Shown here in pieces: positions 29,176 through 37,987 of a stretch of DNA of 64,000 nucleotides (within the stretch, counting starts at the first letter, position 1; each line of letters opens with the position of its first letter). The notes beneath the pieces were generated by a model that was not told where the DNA came from, made no database searches, and saw only the letters and a program-made list of their open reading frames with translations. The position numbers and the translations under genes are program-made. The stretch covers positions 776-64,775 of the IMG/VR virus record IMGVR_UViG_2895060867_000001. One strand, written 5' to 3'. The DNA is from a virus. Taxonomy: Duplodnaviria > Caudoviricetes.

Positions 29176-29403
29176 ATGGACAGGATTTCGGAACTCGAAC
29201 TTCAGGTGATTGCGCTCGGATCGATTGTTCAATTGCTTCTGGGCACTCATCCAGACAAACAGAGAATTACGGACGTAATCGAAAGCGTCCGGGACAACAC
29301 GAAAGCCAAGTTCGATGCACAGGAAGAAAAGGCCGCCATCGAAGCGGTTTTCGAACCATTCGTCACTGCCGGGCGCGGACCGCGGACTCCACCTGCTGCT
29401 TGA
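29176..29403 (+). CDS. Small antisense moron protein (THPD motif)
   Basis: MDRISELELQVIALGSIVQLLLGTHPDK, with GGGG RBS. Confidence 0.55.
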   Translation: MDRISELELQVIALGSIVQLLLGTHPDKQRITDVIESVRDNTKAKFDAQEEKAAIEAVFEPFVTAGRGPRTPPAA

Positions 29404-29518
29404 GCGTCGGCAAAATATTCGTCAAGTTCGCTTGGATCCGCGCCGACTCAATCGCGTCGGCACGATCCAATGCGGGCCGAATCACCCACAGCACGAATCG
29501 CGCGTACAGTCGCTTCAT
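29363..29518 (-). CDS. Small hypothetical protein (below the ORF-track cutoff)
   Basis: Manual translation MKRLYARFVLWVIRPALDRAD (51 aa); ATG overlaps the cro stop. Confidence 0.55.
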   Translation of the reverse strand: MKRLYARFVLWVIRPALDRADAIESARIQANLTNILPTLKQQVESAVRARQ

Positions 29519-29730
29519 TCGCTCTCTCCAGTGGCGCCGCCGGATCTTGTCCCGACCGTTGCGGCGTGTAACTGCTCAATCCGCTTTGCGATTCCGTAGG
29601 ACGTTCGGACGCCTCGCTTCCCGGAAAACAGCGCCGAGATGAGCGATTGGGAGCAATCGGCTGCCAACGCGAGTTGTGACTGCGTGAGGCCGGTTTCCAG
29701 GAGGTCGGAGACTGCTTGTCGGATGTCCAT
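29515..29730 (-). CDS. Cro-like repressor
   Basis: HTH LTQSQLALAADCSQSLISAL; divergent from cI. Confidence 0.85.
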   Translation of the reverse strand: MDIRQAVSDLLETGLTQSQLALAADCSQSLISALFSGKRGVRTSYGIAKRIEQLHAATVGTRSGGATGESE

Positions 29731-29736
29731 GCGCCG

Positions 29737-29801
29737 AGTATCACATTTGTGTTTATTCAAGTCAACACAAATGAAATGGCGCACTCCATTACGATTGTGA
29801 T
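29737..29801. promoter_or_regulatory. OR operators (3x) and PR promoter
   Basis: ATCACATTTGTGTT (29740), AACACAAATGAAAT (29764), ATTACGATTGTGAT (29788), 24-bp period; minus strand TTGACT-N17-GATACT. Confidence 0.8.
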
Positions 29802-30188
29802 ATGTACACCCTAGCCGAACGCCTCCGATGGGCACGAACGAAAGCTGGCCTCTCCCAAGAACAACTCGGGACAAAGGCTGGCGTCACTCAATCGACAATC
29901 GGGAATCTCGAATCGGGGACGCGGAGCACCGCCAGGCGCTTGCCGCAGATTGCGGAAGTCCTTGGGGTGAATGCACTGTGGCTTGCTGAAGGCAAGGGAC
30001 CGCAGACATCGAGCGGGAAAAGCTCTGGCAATCTAGACGCCGCTTTAAGTGGCGCGAGCGACGCCGCGCGCGAACTTGTCGAAGCGATTCTTCGCGCCGA
30101 CCAGGCCGGCGAACCCGCACACACTTTCAATCTGATGCTTCGGATGCTCCCCGGGGACGATGAGCCGGTTGGTCGTCTGAACCCGTAA
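29802..30188 (+). CDS. CI-like repressor lacking the S24 peptidase domain
   Basis: XRE HTH LAERLRWARTKAGLSQEQLGTKAGVTQSTIGNLESG; only 128 aa. Confidence 0.88.
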   Translation: MYTLAERLRWARTKAGLSQEQLGTKAGVTQSTIGNLESGTRSTARRLPQIAEVLGVNALWLAEGKGPQTSSGKSSGNLDAALSGASDAARELVEAILRADQAGEPAHTFNLMLRMLPGDDEPVGRLNP

Positions 30189-30453
30189 CGTCGTCCGACG
30201 CCGCATTACGAGCACCGCCGATGGGATCCAGCGCCCAGTCGTCGGCGATCATTGCCCGAGCTACCACCATGTGGCATCGGTCCTCGCTCATAGAGAACGC
30301 TGGCCCGTCCAACAGGTACACGAGCCATTCCGTCGACGAGTGGGCGCGGCGGATAAACACCAGCCTCCCCTCCAACAGCTCGTTCCATGCCTTATTAATC
30401 CGCGCCAAGTCCCCTGGCTTGCAGCGCAGTTGGGACGACCCACTATCCGTCAC
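30127..30453 (-). CDS. LexA-regulated protein, candidate antirepressor
   Basis: LRCKPGDLARI motif, GAGG RBS, LexA box 34 bp upstream, converges on cI. Confidence 0.6.
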   Translation of the reverse strand: MTDSGSSQLRCKPGDLARINKAWNELLEGRLVFIRRAHSSTEWLVYLLDGPAFSMSEDRCHMVVARAMIADDWALDPIGGARNAASDDVTGSDDQPAHRPRGASEASD

Positions 30454-30486
30454 AGCTAGGCCCTCTTAGAGTTTTTGTTAAGACTA

Positions 30487-30502
30487 CTGTATATTTGAAC
30501 AG
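30487..30502. promoter_or_regulatory. LexA (SOS) box
   Basis: TA-CTGT-ATATTTGA-ACAG-TA. Confidence 0.85.
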
Positions 30503-30653
30503 TAGTTTAGCCTCGTCCACGCAAAAATTTCAACCTAATTTCTCCATCACTCGTCATAAGCCGTCGATCGTCTAGCAGCCGGTCATCGAGGCTCAATGAC
30601 TCCCGCCTTTCCGAAGCCGAGGCGAAGTAGATGCGGTTTGACACAATCACAAA

Positions 30654-30695
30654 ATCACAAATGTGTTGACACCGACAAATCACATATGTGATTAT
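30654..30695 (+). promoter_or_regulatory. OL operators and PL promoter
   Basis: ATCACAAATGTGTT (30654) and perfect palindrome ATCACATATGTGAT (30679); TTGACA at 30666. Confidence 0.8.
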
Positions 30696-31017
30696 CAACT
30701 CCAACGCAGCACACATCGCTGCCCGCCCGCAGGTTGGGGCGCTCCTTAAAAACTCAGTTACCGATAGAACACGCCGATGGCGTTCGCAGATTGCGGGCGC
30801 GGCTAGGCGCAGGGCGGAACCCTCTACCCCTGAGACAAAGACCGGAGGCTATCCAAGAGACGCCTGGCTGCTCACGTGGCTATAGAACGTCGATTGGATT
30901 GAAGAGATGCAGCGCCGCCGGGAGCCGACTCAGTCGGGTGTAGTCCGGGACGCTGCGTCCAAATGCTGTATCTGAGGCGGCTTTCTTCCGAGAGCCGCGC
31001 CATATACACGAGGAGGT

Positions 31018-31287
31018 TTGAAGATGCGAATCAACGTCTACAGCCAAGAACTGACCGACGAGGTTGTTTTGGTGGAGAAGCCGAGCAATACCGGCATCAC
31101 GTACAGCGCGGTGCAGTTCATCCTGCATTCGAGCGAAAAGCTGCACCATCCGCCCTTCGATGACGACCGTAGTGCGGTCACGTTCTGGTTGCCCAAATCG
31201 CTTAAGCGCCGCGAGCGGCTTGCGCAGGTATTCGAGCGCATGGCCGACATGGTGCGAAAGGCGCCGCGTGAAACCGGCCTCGACTGA
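31018..31287 (+). CDS. Early phage hypothetical protein
   Basis: 89 aa, strong AGGAGG RBS. Confidence 0.75.
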   Translation: MKMRINVYSQELTDEVVLVEKPSNTGITYSAVQFILHSSEKLHHPPFDDDRSAVTFWLPKSLKRRERLAQVFERMADMVRKAPRETGLD

Positions 31288-31349
31288 CACCTCCCTGGCG
31301 AGGGAGCGCCCACAATGACGCAGGCGTGACGGCCGCCAGAGTGCGGCAC

Positions 31350-31550
31350 CTAACGTGTTGCGAAGAAACTCCCGACCGTCGCCAGTACGTAGATAGCAAT
31401 GAAAATTGCGAATCGAGTGTCCCGACGCCGGCGCTCTTTCTCGGGAACGACTGGGTCGTAATGATTGTAGCCTCGCCTGTACTGGCGTCTCAGCACATAG
31501 AGCCCCAGCACGGATAGTACTACCCAGACTAATGGTTCGTATTTGTTCAC
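31350..31550 (-). CDS. Small two-TM membrane protein (moron)
   Basis: 66 aa, two hydrophobic stretches, GGAG RBS. Confidence 0.55.
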   Translation of the reverse strand: MNKYEPLVWVVLSVLGLYVLRRQYRRGYNHYDPVVPEKERRRRDTRFAIFIAIYVLATVGSFFATR

Positions 31551-31568
31551 ACGCCCTCCCCGGTTATC

Positions 31569-31769
31569 TCAGCGAACGTGCGCTCCAAACAGAATGAGGA
31601 TCGCCAGGACCGAGACAGACGCCGCCCCGGCGATGAGCGTTGTCCGCGCGTGGTGATCTTCGTCGTCGTGCGTACCGTTGGAGGGCATGAAGTAGCCAGC
31701 CGCGCCGACTACAACACCGATTGGGACTAGAGCGCCCACTATCGTTCTGATCGTCACCATCATGATCAT
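31569..31769 (-). CDS. Small two-TM membrane protein (moron)
   Basis: 66 aa, two hydrophobic stretches separated by DDEDHH. Confidence 0.5.
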   Translation of the reverse strand: MIMMVTIRTIVGALVPIGVVVGAAGYFMPSNGTHDDEDHHARTTLIAGAASVSVLAILILFGAHVR

Positions 31770-31867
31770 TCCCCCGTCGTTATGTCTCTGATTCTCGTCC
31801 CTACATCGGGACTGCGGCGGGAAAATTTTCGAGTTTGGATTTCAAGCAGTCGCTTTAACGAACGAAG

Positions 31868-31967
31868 CCTTCAAGTGAGCAGATCCGACGGCGGCGCGGC
31901 GTCGTCATAAAGCCCGTATCTCACTTCCCCCCGATCTGATCAGGATCTCGGGTCTGCTCTCTTGAGG
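31868..31967. other. Long intergenic stem enclosing internal hairpins (candidate structured RNA)
   Basis: CCTTCAAG-T-GAGCAGATCCGA pairs with TCGGGTCTGCTC-T-CTTGAGGG (two G-U pairs, one mismatch). Confidence 0.45.
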
Positions 31968-31968
31968 G

Positions 31969-32226
31969 TCAACCGCTTCCGTCTTCTCGTGCTGCTGCGT
32001 TCCTTGCGATAGCGAGCAGTCCCTGGGCTAGAACGACGTTCGCGTTGTGTTTGACGTCTGACGCCCCGTTTTTCATGAGCATCAACGGGAATTGACTCGC
32101 GACGCTCTCCCACTTCGCGAGCAGCGCGGCCGGGTCGGGGTGCGTGGCAAACAGCACGCTTAGCGCGGCGGAGAACACAGCCGACATATCCGCATCATCG
32201 GCTTGAGGCAGGTCAGGCATGTCCAT
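31969..32226 (-). CDS. Small antisense moron protein (THPD motif)
   Basis: MDMPDLPQADD..VLFATHPDPAAL, GGGG RBS. Confidence 0.6.
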   Translation of the reverse strand: MDMPDLPQADDADMSAVFSAALSVLFATHPDPAALLAKWESVASQFPLMLMKNGASDVKHNANVVLAQGLLAIARNAAAREDGSG

Positions 32227-32530
32227 AAGTCCCCCGCGAGTCGCGATAGAAGTACCTACCAGAATACTCCATGCCAATTCTCCTGATTCTGCTGCCGCTC
32301 CTCTGGGCGCGAGCGGCGGCTTACCCGCGTCTGTGGCGTGCGCCGCCCCAACGCTTTCGACGGACACGAAACACGGCCGTGCCGATGGATTACGGCTAGG
32401 TGCACCTCTCTCGCGCCCGCTTAACGCATCAGAGCGAGCCTGAACGCTCACAGGCCCATGACGGACATGGTTAAAGCCGTAGCCCCGGTGTTCTGCCGGG
32501 GCTTTCCCTCTTTCCCTATCGAGGTTCCCC

Positions 32531-32779
32531 ATGAGACTCGTCGCGCTCGCGGCCCTGCTCGCCCTTCTCTCTGCCTGCACCGATCCCGATACCGCGCGCC
32601 GAGCCCTTGAGGGGGCCGGATACACCAACGTGCAGATCGGCGGCTATAGCTACTTCGGCTGCAGCGAGAAGGACACCTACTCGACGTCGTTCACCGCCAA
32701 GGGACCAACCGGCGTGTCGGTATCCGGGGCGGTCTGCTCGAACGTGATCTTCAAGAACGCAACCATTCGACTCGACTGA
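32531..32779 (+). CDS. Phage lipoprotein
   Basis: Lipobox LLSA-C; GYSYFGC..F.A..P.G..V.GAVC. Confidence 0.8.
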   Translation: MRLVALAALLALLSACTDPDTARRALEGAGYTNVQIGGYSYFGCSEKDTYSTSFTAKGPTGVSVSGAVCSNVIFKNATIRLD

Positions 32780-32789
32780 GGAGAGCAAC

Positions 32790-32906
32790 ATGCACGCAGC
32801 AGAGATTCGCCGGTATCACGCCGGATGGCATGACGCCGTCCACGGCACGCCCTGCCAATCCGATGACCTCGCGTACCGACTCGGGTATCGCGACGCTACC
32901 CACTGA
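32790..32906 (+). CDS. 38-aa protein, weakly Rmf/CrpP-like
   Basis: MHAAEIRRYHAGWHDAVHGTPCQSDDLAYRLGYRDATH with GAGGAG RBS. Confidence 0.5.
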   Translation: MHAAEIRRYHAGWHDAVHGTPCQSDDLAYRLGYRDATH

Positions 32907-32997
32907 GGCGCGGCATGTTTCAGCGCCTCATCGTCGATCCCGTGAACACCGTCTTCCTCCGCTACAACCAGTGGACGATCGACCATAAGCGGGCGGC

Positions 32998-33411
32998 TTG
33001 GGCATGCCATCTGTCCGCCCTCGTCGGTGCGATCGTCGCAAAACTCGCTTTCAACGTATGAGCAGTACCCCGAACAGGGCGGCAGCAAAACGGGCTTGGG
33101 AAGCGCTGCGACCGCTTGTGAACAAGCGGCGTGCCCGATCCGTGCGGACTGCCCTTCCCGGCTCATCTCGGCATCACGAGGAAATCGAAGCGCGACAGCA
33201 GTTACTCGACGCGCTCGCGACGCACTCAACCGTCATGCTCGCCGCACTCGCCTTTTACATCAAGACCGACGCCCAACGCCGCGACGACGTCGAAGAGAAC
33301 GCCGCGCGCTGGGAACACATCGAATCCCACTACCCATACGGCGGACACCCTTCTAAGGGATTCCGAGAACACATACGCACCGCCGTCGACCGCGAACGAG
33401 GAAAGAAATGA
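32998..33411 (+). CDS. Hypothetical phage protein (start uncertain)
   Basis: ORF coupled to the ParB-like gene. Confidence 0.55.
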   Translation: MGMPSVRPRRCDRRKTRFQRMSSTPNRAAAKRAWEALRPLVNKRRARSVRTALPGSSRHHEEIEARQQLLDALATHSTVMLAALAFYIKTDAQRRDDVEENAARWEHIESHYPYGGHPSKGFREHIRTAVDRERGKK

Positions 33412-34313
33412 CCGCTGCGCCGTCCTTCAAACAGAAGATCCTTGCTGGCGAGATCAAGCGTGCCGACGCAATGAAGATCAAGTACGAGGATCTCCACATC
33501 CGCCCCGGGTTTAACCTCCGCGTTTCGCTGGACCTTCTCGGCGAAGAGGCCCGTAAAGAAGCTGAGGAAGACGACGAGGGGCTCTATCAGCACATCTCAT
33601 CTGGCGGCCAGATTCCCGCTCTCGAAGTCGTCCCGCGCGGGGACGGTGGCGTCTGGATCGTCGAAGGTCATCGACGCCATGAGCAGCTCGGTCGAGCCGA
33701 CAAAAATGGCGTACCTCTTCGAGACGCTAAGGGCGACCTGTGGATCTCTATCGTGCCGTTCATCGGCAATGACGCCGAGCAGACGGCGCGCGTCATGTCG
33801 AGCAACAAACGCAGGCAGTTGCATCCGCTTGAAAAGGCGTTTGGATACCTGCGTCTGCACAAATTCGGGTGGGATAACGGCCGAATCGCGGCGAACGACG
33901 GCGTGTCGCCCCAGTGGGTCGGAAAGATGCTGATCCTCGCGGGCGGCAACACCGACGTTCATCGCCTGGTGTTCGGCGGGAAGGCTTCCGTATCGGTCGC
34001 GGCAGACGCCGTCAGGCAGCACGGCGAGCAGGCTGGCGCGTTTCTCTCCGGTGAATTGGAAAAGGCGTCGGCTGGAGGCAAGAAGAAAGTCACAGCCGGG
34101 TCGATCAGAGGGAAGTCCTACCCTCGCAAGGCGGTCAGCGCGTACGTCGAGCGAGTCGGCGCATTCGTTTCGGCCTTCCCCGAAGCCCAGCTCACCGCAA
34201 TCGCTAAGACCGAAACTGACTTTCAGGTGACGGTCAGCGCAATGGCGCTGCGCGAGTTGCTCGCCGCACACATCGACATCAGCACCACGGGCACGAAGCC
34301 TAGGGAGGCATGA
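33408..34313 (+). CDS. ParB-like domain protein
   Basis: GFNLR, IPALEV, IVEGHRR motifs plus HTH. Confidence 0.8.
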   Translation: MTAAPSFKQKILAGEIKRADAMKIKYEDLHIRPGFNLRVSLDLLGEEARKEAEEDDEGLYQHISSGGQIPALEVVPRGDGGVWIVEGHRRHEQLGRADKNGVPLRDAKGDLWISIVPFIGNDAEQTARVMSSNKRRQLHPLEKAFGYLRLHKFGWDNGRIAANDGVSPQWVGKMLILAGGNTDVHRLVFGGKASVSVAADAVRQHGEQAGAFLSGELEKASAGGKKKVTAGSIRGKSYPRKAVSAYVERVGAFVSAFPEAQLTAIAKTETDFQVTVSAMALRELLAAHIDISTTGTKPREA

Positions 34314-34846
34314 CCATGCGAATCTGGATGCCTAGGCTGGTGGCCTACACAATCATCGGGTACGCCCAGCTCAAGCCCTATTTCGACCTTCACGGCTATA
34401 TGCGCCGCTGGTGGTTCCGCAAGCCGAAGGGACACGACGAGAGCGCCGCCGCCGACGGCCGTCGCGATACCTCGTGGGGTGCGCGCGTGCACAACACGCT
34501 CCGCAGCGACGAAGGTCGCGATCTGCACGACCACCCGTGGTGGAGCATCTCTATCGTGCTGCTGGGCGGTTACTGGGAAATCATGCCAACCGAGCAGGAG
34601 CAGCCCGCGCGGCTGGATAGCCAGCCGGAAACGTCACTGCTGCGCGGTTATCGACGTGTGTGGCGCGGTCCCGGCTCTATCGTGTTCCGTAAGGCAACGG
34701 ACCGACACCGGCTCGAAATCCCCGAAGGCAAAGACTCATGGTCCCTGTTCATCATGGGGCCGTGGCAGCGCAACTGGGGGTTTCACACGCCGCGAGGATG
34801 GGTGAATTGGCGCGAGTATTCCGATTTACCAAGCGCCAGCGGTTAA
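34310..34846 (+). CDS. Cupin-like conserved phage protein
   Basis: RVHN..SDE.RDLHDHPW..S.VLLGGYWE, HRLE, RNWGF. Confidence 0.75.
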   Translation: MTMRIWMPRLVAYTIIGYAQLKPYFDLHGYMRRWWFRKPKGHDESAAADGRRDTSWGARVHNTLRSDEGRDLHDHPWWSISIVLLGGYWEIMPTEQEQPARLDSQPETSLLRGYRRVWRGPGSIVFRKATDRHRLEIPEGKDSWSLFIMGPWQRNWGFHTPRGWVNWREYSDLPSASG

Positions 34847-35343
34847 GCCTGATAGTCGAACTTCTCTGCCGCCTCTTTGATAGCTCGAATCATATGACGG
34901 CGGATATAAACGCGGCGACTGCCGAAGTGCACACCGATATCGTCGTCATAGTCACAGCCTACAGAGACCCCGTCCACCTCCATTGCCTGAGGGTAGCGGC
35001 CGACGACTACGCAAAAACTGAAGGTCACCGGCCCGAAGGATTTCTCCTTACTGCGAATGTGGCACGCAGCGTTGCGGCATTTGTTGATAAGCGTCGTAAC
35101 GTCATCTGCCGCGTCCGTCGGCTTGATGTCATCCGTGAACGACACACGCATCCCAGCATCGTCAGCAGCCTGAAGTATGTCGTTTAGAAGAATCAGCACA
35201 TACGTGACTGCTGGGCGGAATAGCGGAGTGCCGACGTTCTCCGGATTCAACGCCTTACTAGATATCAGCTCTGCGCATTCTCGAATGCTGTCATGAATTT
35301 GCCGGACATCAGGTGCTTGGTACTTCTGTGCCGCTTCCTTCAT
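34843..35343 (-). CDS. Antisense moron with HEPN-like Rx4H motif
   Basis: Helical N-terminal part with NKCRNAACH; GGAG RBS. Confidence 0.65.
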   Translation of the reverse strand: MKEAAQKYQAPDVRQIHDSIRECAELISSKALNPENVGTPLFRPAVTYVLILLNDILQAADDAGMRVSFTDDIKPTDAADDVTTLINKCRNAACHIRSKEKSFGPVTFSFCVVVGRYPQAMEVDGVSVGCDYDDDIGVHFGSRRVYIRRHMIRAIKEAAEKFDYQA

Positions 35344-35374
35344 CACTCGTCTCCATATTTTTCCGGATCCTAGC

Positions 35375-35761
35375 ATGACCAAACTTCTCGCCGCTCTCGG
35401 CGCAGTTGTGATCGCGCTCGTCCTTTCCGCGTGCTCCGACGACGCACGCGTTGCTTCCCAAAACCTTTCAAAGGCCGCAGACAACTTCGAAATCAACCGC
35501 CGCATCGTCTTCTACAACGGCATCACCGGCGAATACATGCTGACCATCGAAGGGCTTTGCTCGCGCGACAACGGCAGCACGTCGACGAAGCTGGCTATCG
35601 TCTGCAAGGTCGGCCCGAACGAGTACAAAAAGCACTTCCTCGGTTTGTCCGATAACGTCACCTATTTCATCGAGCAGCTCGAACCGGCGAAGGCGAACGT
35701 CTACCACTACGCAGTCACCTTCAAGCCGTCGGTGATAGTTCCCGACATCACGGTCAGGTGA
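35375..35761 (+). CDS. Conserved phage lipoprotein
   Basis: Lipobox VLSA-C; ASQNLSKAADNFEINRRIVFYNGIT. Confidence 0.85.
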   Translation: MTKLLAALGAVVIALVLSACSDDARVASQNLSKAADNFEINRRIVFYNGITGEYMLTIEGLCSRDNGSTSTKLAIVCKVGPNEYKKHFLGLSDNVTYFIEQLEPAKANVYHYAVTFKPSVIVPDITVR

Positions 35762-35777
35762 GTTGAGTTACGACCAG

Positions 35778-36446
35778 TCAACGTGCCCCATCAAAAAGGC
35801 GGTCCGTTGGAAGTTGGCTGGTCATTGGCGCAATTGCATGCTCGAACGCAACCAACGCCTCTCGAATGAATATTCCGGCGTGATTGATTCTCGCTTCCGT
35901 CCGACTCAAAAGATCCACCTGGTTCTGATTTTTGACGTCAATCCAGGCGTCGCCCCCCGTCGTCGCGAGAAAGTCCCCTTGAATCATGTCGATGATGGAA
36001 AGGGCTTGAGCGTACTTATATGCGGCGACTGGTTCCAACACAGCCATCCGCTCCAGATCAGAGCGATCTACGGAAGTCGTGACACTCTCAAGATGCCGAT
36101 AGAAATGTACGACGTTCCACAAATTGTCGGCACTCGGCATTTGTGTTCCTGTACCAACTTCGACCAGCCCCACGGCTTTCGAAATTGCTTCGAAGGCCTG
36201 CTTCATTTGCGGAACGACGCGCATCCCAACCACGGCCGCCCCTAACCTGTCCGCCGCCGCCTTATCTCTCTTTTGCACAAAGTACAGACCTACGGCCACA
36301 AGCACTGCGCCGACGGTTCCGATTGCCGTAGCAACATCCCAGAACGATTTGGATCCCCAGCTCATGAAGGATCCGGCAGTCAGCACCCCCGCAGCGAAGA
36401 TCAGCACCCAACCGACGCATTCAGAATATTCGTCCCGCCACCTCAT
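35778..36446 (-). CDS. Antisense membrane-anchored moron protein
   Basis: Two N-terminal TMs (WDVATAIGTVGAVLVAV) plus a helical domain; GGAG RBS. Confidence 0.7.
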   Translation of the reverse strand: MRWRDEYSECVGWVLIFAAGVLTAGSFMSWGSKSFWDVATAIGTVGAVLVAVGLYFVQKRDKAAADRLGAAVVGMRVVPQMKQAFEAISKAVGLVEVGTGTQMPSADNLWNVVHFYRHLESVTTSVDRSDLERMAVLEPVAAYKYAQALSIIDMIQGDFLATTGGDAWIDVKNQNQVDLLSRTEARINHAGIFIREALVAFEHAIAPMTSQLPTDRLFDGAR

Positions 36447-36477
36447 CTCGCCTCCCCGAATTTTCAGGAATCCTAGC

Positions 36478-36858
36478 ATGAGCCCCTACGAACCCCGCCC
36501 CGAAGGGCTGAATACCCAGCCAGCGCCGCCGTCTGTGGTGGCGACGCTGGCACGGCACAGCGAGGCTGAATACCTCACGCATGACCTCTTCATGGGCGAG
36601 GACGCCGATATCAAGTGCCGGACCGTGAAGCTGGTCACGGCTCGCAAAACTCATCCGTGCTGGCTCGGTCTGGCACACGGCGCGAAACCGCACGAGATCG
36701 CTGTAGGCGAACTGCACCGGTATGAAAAAGCGCTCGTGGATGGCGACTACTGGGGCAGCTATCGTTGCTGCCTTCAGTGCATGGACCACGAAATTGCCGA
36801 TGACTGGCCTGAGAACGCACGCGTGCCGCGCGTCAATCCGAATGAGGTGGAAGCATGA
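36478..36858 (+). CDS. Hypothetical protein with Cys/His motifs
   Basis: ARKTHPC..CCLQCMD. Confidence 0.65.
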   Translation: MSPYEPRPEGLNTQPAPPSVVATLARHSEAEYLTHDLFMGEDADIKCRTVKLVTARKTHPCWLGLAHGAKPHEIAVGELHRYEKALVDGDYWGSYRCCLQCMDHEIADDWPENARVPRVNPNEVEA

Positions 36859-37358
36859 GCAGAAGCGGATACATCGACGACTGCGAGAACCCTGGCCTTT
36901 GGCGCGGCTGCGTCGAGCGCGCAATTCGGGGCAAGCGTGGTCAGCAAGCCCTTCGCGAGCTGGCCGACGCCATGGATGCCATGCCCGAGAAGGTTCTGGC
37001 CGCTGACTCACTCGTAAATGCAGATGGCGAGTTCTGCACGCTCGGAGTGCTGGGTCAGGCTCGCGGCTTGAACATGGCCCCGCTGGATCCGGAAGATCCG
37101 GACGCCGTAGCGGCGGCATTCAACATCGCGCCGGCACTGGCCCGCGAGATCGTCTACGAGAACGACGAGGCGCTCTACCCGTGGAATTGGGTCGAGGTTG
37201 AGGTATGCGGCCCGCTGCGCCGCTATGACCGCCGAACGATCACCGTGCGCGTGGATATCGACTACGAACTGATGGCGCGAGCGCGCTGGCAGCACATGCG
37301 CAAGTGGGTGGCCGACAACCTGCGGGGCGACGCTAAACAGGAGAACCAGAATGCATGA
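36855..37358 (+). CDS. Conserved phage hypothetical protein
   Basis: SRSGYIDDCE, AIRGKRGQ, CTLGVLG; coupled. Confidence 0.7.
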   Translation: MSRSGYIDDCENPGLWRGCVERAIRGKRGQQALRELADAMDAMPEKVLAADSLVNADGEFCTLGVLGQARGLNMAPLDPEDPDAVAAAFNIAPALAREIVYENDEALYPWNWVEVEVCGPLRRYDRRTITVRVDIDYELMARARWQHMRKWVADNLRGDAKQENQNA

Positions 37359-37749
37359 CCTCAAGACCGTGACGTTTGATGCGAGCCAGTGGCAACTGGT
37401 GCCGAAGGAGCTGAATGGTGCGATTGCTGAGGCACTGGAAAATGCGCGATACGAATGCACCGAAAATCAAGATTTGTGGGATGTGACGCTCGCCGCCGCC
37501 CCCACGCCAGCCGCACAGAGTGCAGGGCAAGAGGCGGTAGCGTTCATGCAAGGGCTTGAAGCCGCCGCAAAGTGGCTGGAGAAGCGCGCCGCAGACTATG
37601 CCGACGAGTTTGGCGGCGTCGATCCCGACACCGGCACATTGGAATTCGGCAGCGGCCCGCACGCAGACATTAAGCACGAAACGCATTATGAATGGATCGA
37701 GTGCGCCGAGAACATCCGAAATATCGCCGCGCCCGTGAATGGCGCCTGA
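37351..37749 (+). CDS. Mosaic early phage protein
   Basis: WQLVPKE..AAAPTPAAQ linker; ends at APVNG. Confidence 0.65.
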   Translation: MHDLKTVTFDASQWQLVPKELNGAIAEALENARYECTENQDLWDVTLAAAPTPAAQSAGQEAVAFMQGLEAAAKWLEKRAADYADEFGGVDPDTGTLEFGSGPHADIKHETHYEWIECAENIRNIAAPVNGA

Positions 37750-37777
37750 CATCCATACACGATAAAAGGAGATCGAA

Positions 37778-37984
37778 ATGGCAACGTGGAACGTACTTGT
37801 AGACCGACACCCGACATCGATTTATCTCGGACAGGTGAATGAAGACACCGAAGAACTTGCGCGGTGCGCGGCGCTGCACAAATTCGGGATGAGCGAAGAC
37901 GAATATTTTGATGCGCTCAATCATGGCGAGGAATTCCCGTGTGGCATCAGCCCAGGTGATGACTTCAGCGTTTCGAGGGCTTAG
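37778..37984 (+). CDS. Small acidic hypothetical protein
   Basis: 68 aa, AAGGAG RBS. Confidence 0.7.
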   Translation: MATWNVLVDRHPTSIYLGQVNEDTEELARCAALHKFGMSEDEYFDALNHGEEFPCGISPGDDFSVSRA

Positions 37985-37987
37985 GCA

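Noticed and set aside
31868-31967. Hammerhead ribozyme
   Set aside because: CTGATCA does not match the CUGANGA core on either strand
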